A stretch of 64,000 nt of DNA from Ranitomeya imitator (taxonomy: Eukaryota), in assembly GCF_032444005.1 (NCBI RefSeq), contig NC_091289.1, positions 9,052,001-9,116,000 on the forward strand. The letters run 5' to 3'. Under the pieces are notes generated by a model that saw only the letters and a program-made list of their open reading frames with translations, did not search any database and was not told the origin of the DNA. Shown one piece after another: positions 58,501 through 64,000 of this stretch; positions within the stretch are counted from its first letter, which is position 1; every line of letters begins with the position of its first letter. Both the position numbers and the translations under genes were made by a program.

Positions 58501-61500
58501 ACAGACAGACAGACAGAAAGACAGACAGACAGACAGACGGAAAAACCCTTAGGCAATTATATATATAGATACATGGTTATTAGATCGCCCCTCAGTCGTC
58601 TTTTTTTAGATCGCCCCTCAGTCGTCTTTTTTCTAGACTAAATGATCCTAATTTCGCTGATCTGTCTGGGTATTGTAGTTCTCCCATCCCCTTTATTAAT
58701 TTTGTTGCCCTCCTTTGTACTCTCTCTAGTTCCATTATATCCTTCCTGAGCACCGGTGCCCAAAACTGGACACAGTACTCCATGTGCAGTCTAACTAGGG
58801 ATTTGTACAGAGGCAGTATAATGCTCTCATCATGTGTATCCAGACCTCTTTTAATGCACCCCATGATCCTGTTTGCCTTGGCAGCTGCTGCCTGGCACTG
58901 GCTGCTCCAGGTAAGTTTATCATTAACTAGGATCCCCAAGTCCTTCTCCCTGTCAGATTTACCCAGTGGTTTCCCATTCAGTGTGTAATGGTGATATTGA
59001 TTCCTTCTTCCCATGTGTATAACCTTACATTTATCATTGTTAAACCTCATCTGCCACCTTTCAGCCCAAGTTTCCAACTTATCCAGATCCATCTGTAGCA
59101 GAATACTATCTTCTCTTGTATTAACTGCTTTACATAGTTTTGTATCATCTGCAAATATCGATATTTTACTGTGTAAACCTTCTACCAGATCATTAATGAA
59201 TATGTTGAAGAGAACAGGTCCCAATACTGACCCCTGCGGTACCCCACTGGTCACAGCGACCCAGTTAGAGACTATACCATTTATAACCACCCTCTGCTTT
59301 CTATCACTAAGCCAGTTACTAACCCATTTACACACATTTTCCCCCAGACCAAGCATTCTCATTTTGTGTACCAACCTCTTGTGCGGCACGGTATCAAACG
59401 CTTTGGAAAAAAGAACTGTTCATCGCACAGCTGAGGGTTTGTTACAGTTCTATCCCGTCCAGACCATCCTCTGTGGACTCCAGACTGATACATTGTAACA
59501 AAACAGGCGACGGATTTGTGATGTGGAGGATGCAATTGTGACAAACATTCAGCTGTGAGAAGTTTTCAGCACAGAAGGAAAAATCTACATGATAAAAGTA
59601 AAAGCTGGCTCCTTGTGTAACCTCTCACGTGTGTTCTCTGACAGTGAATGAGAGAAGGTTTTAACTCCCTGTATAAAAAAAACCCGTTCATTGACAGCAA
59701 GCGGAGATCTGTAAAATGTCTTTATTTTTCTTCTTCAGCGTCACATATTGTGAACGACCAGACGACCATCCAGCGCTTCTACATGAGGCGGCGGTGGGGC
59801 GACTGCGTCACCGGGGAGCTGCTGTGGAGCTGGGGGCAGAAGCTGGCCACCGTCCACGACCTGGAGCTCGTCCTGCAGAAGCTGGAGCTCTACCGGGCCC
59901 TAGAAATCCTCCAGCAGTGTAAGGGTTACTCTCCATTCTGGCCCCCCCGGGGGAGGGGGTCCCCCAGACTTCAGTGCCCCCCGGGATCCCATATCATGCT
60001 GCACTGGCTCCATCTCTTGCACTGCGCTGCCTGTGTCAGTCTTTACTGCGGCTCTGGCATTATATTCCTGAGCCATGTCCTGCAGCGCTTGGACTCTGCG
60101 CAGGGTGTGATGAGCAGATTACGAATGTGATTTATTACACAGACCCCTGTAGTCCGGCGATGTCCCCCGTGACTTGTGAGAAAAGGAAAGGAGCAGCACA
60201 ATCCTCTGAAGAAGCAGAAAGGCACTGCAGCAGCGTTACGAAAATGGTGTCAGGTAAAGACTACAGGACGGTATAACACGGGCTGTGAGGAGGGAAGACA
60301 TGGAGGCAATCATTGTATCATCCTCTGTGTTCTAGAATCCAAAGTACCACCACTCCCATCACCACCACAACCCCCATCAGAGCTGCTGAGGTCCATGGGG
60401 ACAGAATCCTATTCAGACCAGGTGTCCAGCACAGATCAGGTATGTGAGATACTGGTATAACCTGGGCATCTCATGTGTATAATTATAGATATACAGCCGG
60501 TATAACCTGGGTATCTCCTGTATATAATTATATATGTACAGCCGGTATAACCTGGGCATCTCCTGTATATAATTATATATGTACAGCCGGTATAACCTGG
60601 GCATCTCCTGTATATCATTATATTTGTACAGCTGGTATAACCTGGGCATCTCCTGTATATAATTATAGATATACAGCTGGTATAACCTGGGCATCTCCTG
60701 TATATAATTATATATGTACAGCCGGTATAACCTGGGCATCTCCTGTATATAATTATATATGTACAGCCGGTATAACATGGGCGTCTCCGGTATATAATTA
60801 TATATGTACAGCCGGTATAGCCTGGGCATCTCCTGTGTATACCTGTACATGTCCCTCTGGTATAACCTGGGTATCTCCTGTATATAATTATAGGTGTACA
60901 GCCGGTATAACATGGGCGTCTTCGGTATATAATTATATATGTACAGCCGGTATAACCTGGGTGTCTCCGGGATGTCCCCGTATGTGGTGGTGTGGACCCC
61001 CGGCTGTCCGGTAACGCTCCTCCCCCCCCCCCCCCCAGGCATTACGTGCCCCCCAGCAGGAGATCAGCGGCTCCCTGAACACCACGTGTCAGCACTGGAC
61101 CAGGCGGCAGCTGGAGGAGGCTACAGACGGCTTCAGTGTGAACAGGCGGCTGCACAGCGGACAGTCTGCGGACATCTTTGTGGGATGCAGAGGAGACAAT
61201 GTTTATGCTGTGAAGAGGCTGAAGGAGGTAATGCGTGGTTCCGGGGGTCTGCTCCATTCCGGGGGTCTGCTCCATTCCGGGGGTCTGCTCCGGGGGGCTT
61301 TACATCTCTGGCAGGTGTCGGGGTGTGACCGGGTCATGTCTGCACTTTCTTTAGGGGCAGTCGGAGAGGATGAATTCCTTCTGTGAGACGGAGGCTCAGA
61401 TCGGTTTTCGGTAAGCGAGGACCCTCTGTCCCATCACTGTATATGGCGGACGTTCTGCAGCGTCTCAGTGCTGCAATGTGTTACTATTGTCGAGAACTCC

Positions 61501-63827
61501 GCTGCCTGTCAGTGAATAGAATAACAAGTCCTAGAGACCCGTATGACGAGCGTCTGACATGTGTGAATGCTGCAGCTGTAGCTCTAAACAGTGAATAATG
61601 CCGAGGTGTGAATGTGTCTGTACTTAATACTGCAAACAGCTGAGGGTTTGTTACAGTTGTATCTAGTCAGTAAAATCCTCTGCCCTGACCAGCCTGTTCT
61701 CCAGACTGACACATTGTAACAAACTGTCAGGAGAGGAGAGAGATTGCTGCTGCTGATGGGGTTTATCTCACAGATAATTGTCCAGATTGTATACAATTGT
61801 AACAAACCCTCAGCTGTGTAAAGTTAATTTACCCCAATGGTGTAATTGTGGCCTTTGTAGCTCTTCTGTCTCGTGTCTTGTACAGATGTCATCACCCCAA
61901 TCTCCTGAAGCTGCTCGGCTTCTGTGTGGAGAGCGGCCTGCACTGTCTCATCCACCGTCTCATGAGCGAGGGGTCTCTGGATGTCGCCTTACAGAAAGTG
62001 AGTCCTGGAGGAAGTAACCGTCCCCCCCTCCTATATGGACGGATAAAGCCTTAATTATCTATAGGTGACACATGTATATAGCTACATACACATATACTGT
62101 CATATATACATATTCTATACACAGCACCTCTCCTGTAGCCGATGATTATTCCATAGGTGATGGCAGCTCTACCCGTGTCTCTGTCACATCCCTGCGTCCT
62201 TCCTGTTTCTTTCATCTCTGCTCTTCCCCCAGTCTCTGGAGTTACTGCCGCTTCATAGACTTTCCATTACAGGGTCGTGGCCCTTTCCTGAATTTCACTT
62301 CCTAGAATTCTCAACATCTGGAGGCCTGGAAATATCTGCACTAGAAAGTTGTCCATATAAATAAATGTACCATTGTTTCACTCTTCACTACTAATATATA
62401 AACTTTAATGATATACATATTATATATACATACATTATACTGTTACATCCTGTATTATACTCCAGAGCTGCACTCACTATTCTGCTGGTGGAGTCACTGT
62501 GTACATATATTACATTACTGATCCTGAGTTACATCCTGTATTATACCCCAGAGCTGCACTCACTATTCTGCTGATGCAGTCACTGTGTACACACATTACA
62601 TTACTGATCCTGAGTTACATCCTGTATTATACTCCAGAGCTGCACTCACTATTCTGCTGGTGCAGTCACTGTGTACATACATTACTGATCCGGAGTTACC
62701 TCCTGTATTATACCCCAGAGCTGCACTCACTATTCTGCTGGTGCAGTCACTGTGTACATACATTACATTACTGATCCTGAGTTACATCCTGTATTATACC
62801 CCAGAGCTGCGCTCACTATTCTGCTTGTGGATCTTCTGTGTATTTTTCAGGCTGGATCTGTCCTGGGCTGGGAGAGGCGGCTGGCTGTCGCTGTAGGTCT
62901 GTTACATGGTGTCGGTCACTTGCACAATGCTGGGATTTTTCATGGTAATATTAAGAGGTGAGACACTTGGGGGGAAATGAGCCCTTTAAGACATAGTTGC
63001 AACTCGCAATTGCTCAAAAATGTTGCAACTTCGGGAGGTTTTTTTCGAGCTCCAACACCTAGTATAACACATATGCAGCGGTGCCGGTGTGGTCCGTTCC
63101 CGCTGTGCCGGCGGTGGTCCGTTCCCCGCTGTGCCGGCGGTGGTCCGTTCCCCGCTGTGCCGGCGGTGGTCCATTCCCCGCTGTGCCGGCGATGATCTCT
63201 CTGTATCCCGTCGCCGGTCGTTGGCCTCAGCTGCCGCACTGTCTTCTCACTTCTCTACCTGCAGGATATCGCCGTGCGCACATCCGCCGCTGACTCCGGA
63301 GGTTTCCACATTTTCACTTCTTACATCCTGCGCCTCCATTATTGCTTCCTCATTTTTGTTTCCTTTATGATTAACCCTTTCATGGTTAGGTATTGGAATC
63401 CCTGATGTCCGAGCCCCCTCCAATTAGATACCACCAGTGACTATGGCGCGCTGCACAGAATCCGCTTCACAACAGAATTGATGCCCTGCGGCTCCTTCAT
63501 TCCCGGGCACTGCCACCACTAACTCTGTAAACTGCTGGGAGTTGTAGTTCCAATAATGAGAAGGGGTCACATGCTGTGCGCTAATACAAGGTGATACATT
63601 CCTAGTTAACCCCTTGTTCTCTTCACTTTTTTAGCTCCAACGTCTTCCTGGACGAGGATTTCACTGCGCGGTTAGGCCACGCTGGGACGCGATTCCGTCC
63701 TGATCGATCGGCCAATTACACTAATGTGAAGACGCAGGAGCTGCAGAGGTTCCAGCCTTACCTGCCCGACGTGTACCTGCGGAGCGGCCAGCTGAGCGCA
63801 CAGACGGACATCTTCTCCTGCGGGATA
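55543..63827 (+). CDS. IRAK2: Interleukin-1 receptor-associated kinase 2 (death domain + pseudokinase), 5' partial, 391 codons seen
   Basis: Exons 55543-55663, 59739-59918, 60143-60253, 60336-60439, 61039-61227, 61355-61410, 61886-61997, 62851-62957, 63635-63827; GT-AG and phase-consistent. Death domain VLDDFCR..LNDWEWMRFAS..TGELLWSWG..LELYRA; kinase YAVKRL, HPNLLKLLGFC, HGNIKSSNVFLD (no catalytic Asp), LGH for DFG, DIFSCGI. Adjacent to VHL. The two linker exons (60143, 60336) are less certain. Confidence 0.93.
55725..56995 (-). repeat. 86/81-bp dispersed satellite, locus 2 (inverted), IRAK2 intron
   Basis: Reverse complement of the 43972-45352 unit. Confidence 0.95.
57831..59410 (-). mobile_element. 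5'-truncated CR1 LINE (RT C-terminal half plus 3' tail), interrupted by a Helitron
   Basis: ORF 58592-59389 with KAFDTVPH, GVPQGSVLGPVLFNIFINDL, FADDTKL, LERVQRRATK; continuation TRGHSLRL..RGFFTVRAVRIWN at 57951-58154; 3' 8-bp microsatellite (AACATAGT)x4 at 57831-57862. Confidence 0.95.
58213..58569 (-). mobile_element. Non-autonomous Helitron, 357 bp
   Basis: Minus strand starts TCTATATATAT and ends CTAG; subterminal hairpin CCCGAT-N8-ATCGGG; inserted between A and T with no TSD; removal restores the CR1 reading LITMYKYIRG. Confidence 0.85.
60452..60965. repeat. 45-bp minisatellite in IRAK2 intron, about 11 copies
   Basis: Unit GCCGGTATAACCTGGGCATCTCCTGTATATAATTATATATGTACA. Confidence 0.93.
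62440..62825 (+). repeat. 86/81-bp dispersed satellite, locus 3, abutting an IRAK2 acceptor
   Basis: Same unit as 43972-45352; ends about 25 nt before exon 62851. Confidence 0.93.
63085..63190. repeat. About 26-bp CpG-rich tandem repeat, about 4 copies
   Basis: GGTCCGTTCCCCGCTGTGCCGGCGGT reiterated. Confidence 0.85.
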
Positions 63828-64000
63828 GTAAGTGCCTATGCTGCTCTATGGCACAGGGGTCCTCCAGTGGTGGCCGAGGAGGCGAGGGAATAAAAAGTCC
63901 TGCACCCTTCCTATGTGCCTTGGGGCAGAGACTGGAGTCCAAAAAAAAAAAAGCAAAAATAGCAGTCGATCAATAAAATGTAAAACTTGTTTTCATCTGG

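Noticed and set aside
59013-59498. 161-aa plus-strand ORF
   Set aside because: Antisense shadow of the CR1 reverse transcriptase
44104-62961. Many 64-aa ORFs MYIHYITDPELHPVLY...
   Set aside because: Recurrent translation of the 86-bp satellite
63530-63552. ZNF143-like ACTACAACTCCCAGC motif in an IRAK2 intron
   Set aside because: No other promoter features nearby; likely repeat-derived or incidental
55543-63827. IRAK1 / ARHGAP4 as alternative identities for the kinase and the srGAP-like exon
   Set aside because: HGNIKS and LGH lack the catalytic and DFG aspartates (IRAK2-type), the FKKDKEII motif is srGAP-type, and linkage to VHL and THUMPD3 fits IRAK2 and SRGAP3

Overview
Eukaryotic vertebrate genomic DNA, not microbial. 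An anuran (frog) origin is inferred from the T2-type and TWA-TSD MITEs, CR1 and dispersed minisatellites. Four spliced genes of the human-3p25-like block were recognised by translation and GT-AG phase-consistent reconstruction: first coding exon of SRGAP3 (-; the rest of the gene lies beyond the left edge), complete THUMPD3 (+, 9 coding exons, 651 aa, with a 162-aa in-frame repeat), complete VHL (+, 3 exons, 167 aa) and the 5' part of IRAK2 (+, 9 coding exons, continuing past the right edge). More than a third of the window is tandem minisatellite, and most long ORFs in the track are repeat artefacts. Mobile DNA includes a Ginger1-like foldback element carrying a decayed OTU protease domain between two inverted 69-bp arrays, a fully fold-back Tc1 derivative, a 5'-truncated CR1 LINE interrupted by a non-autonomous Helitron, and many MITEs. 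There is no rRNA, tRNA or CRISPR array. Gene names and family comparisons rely on remembered protein sequences, not database searches.
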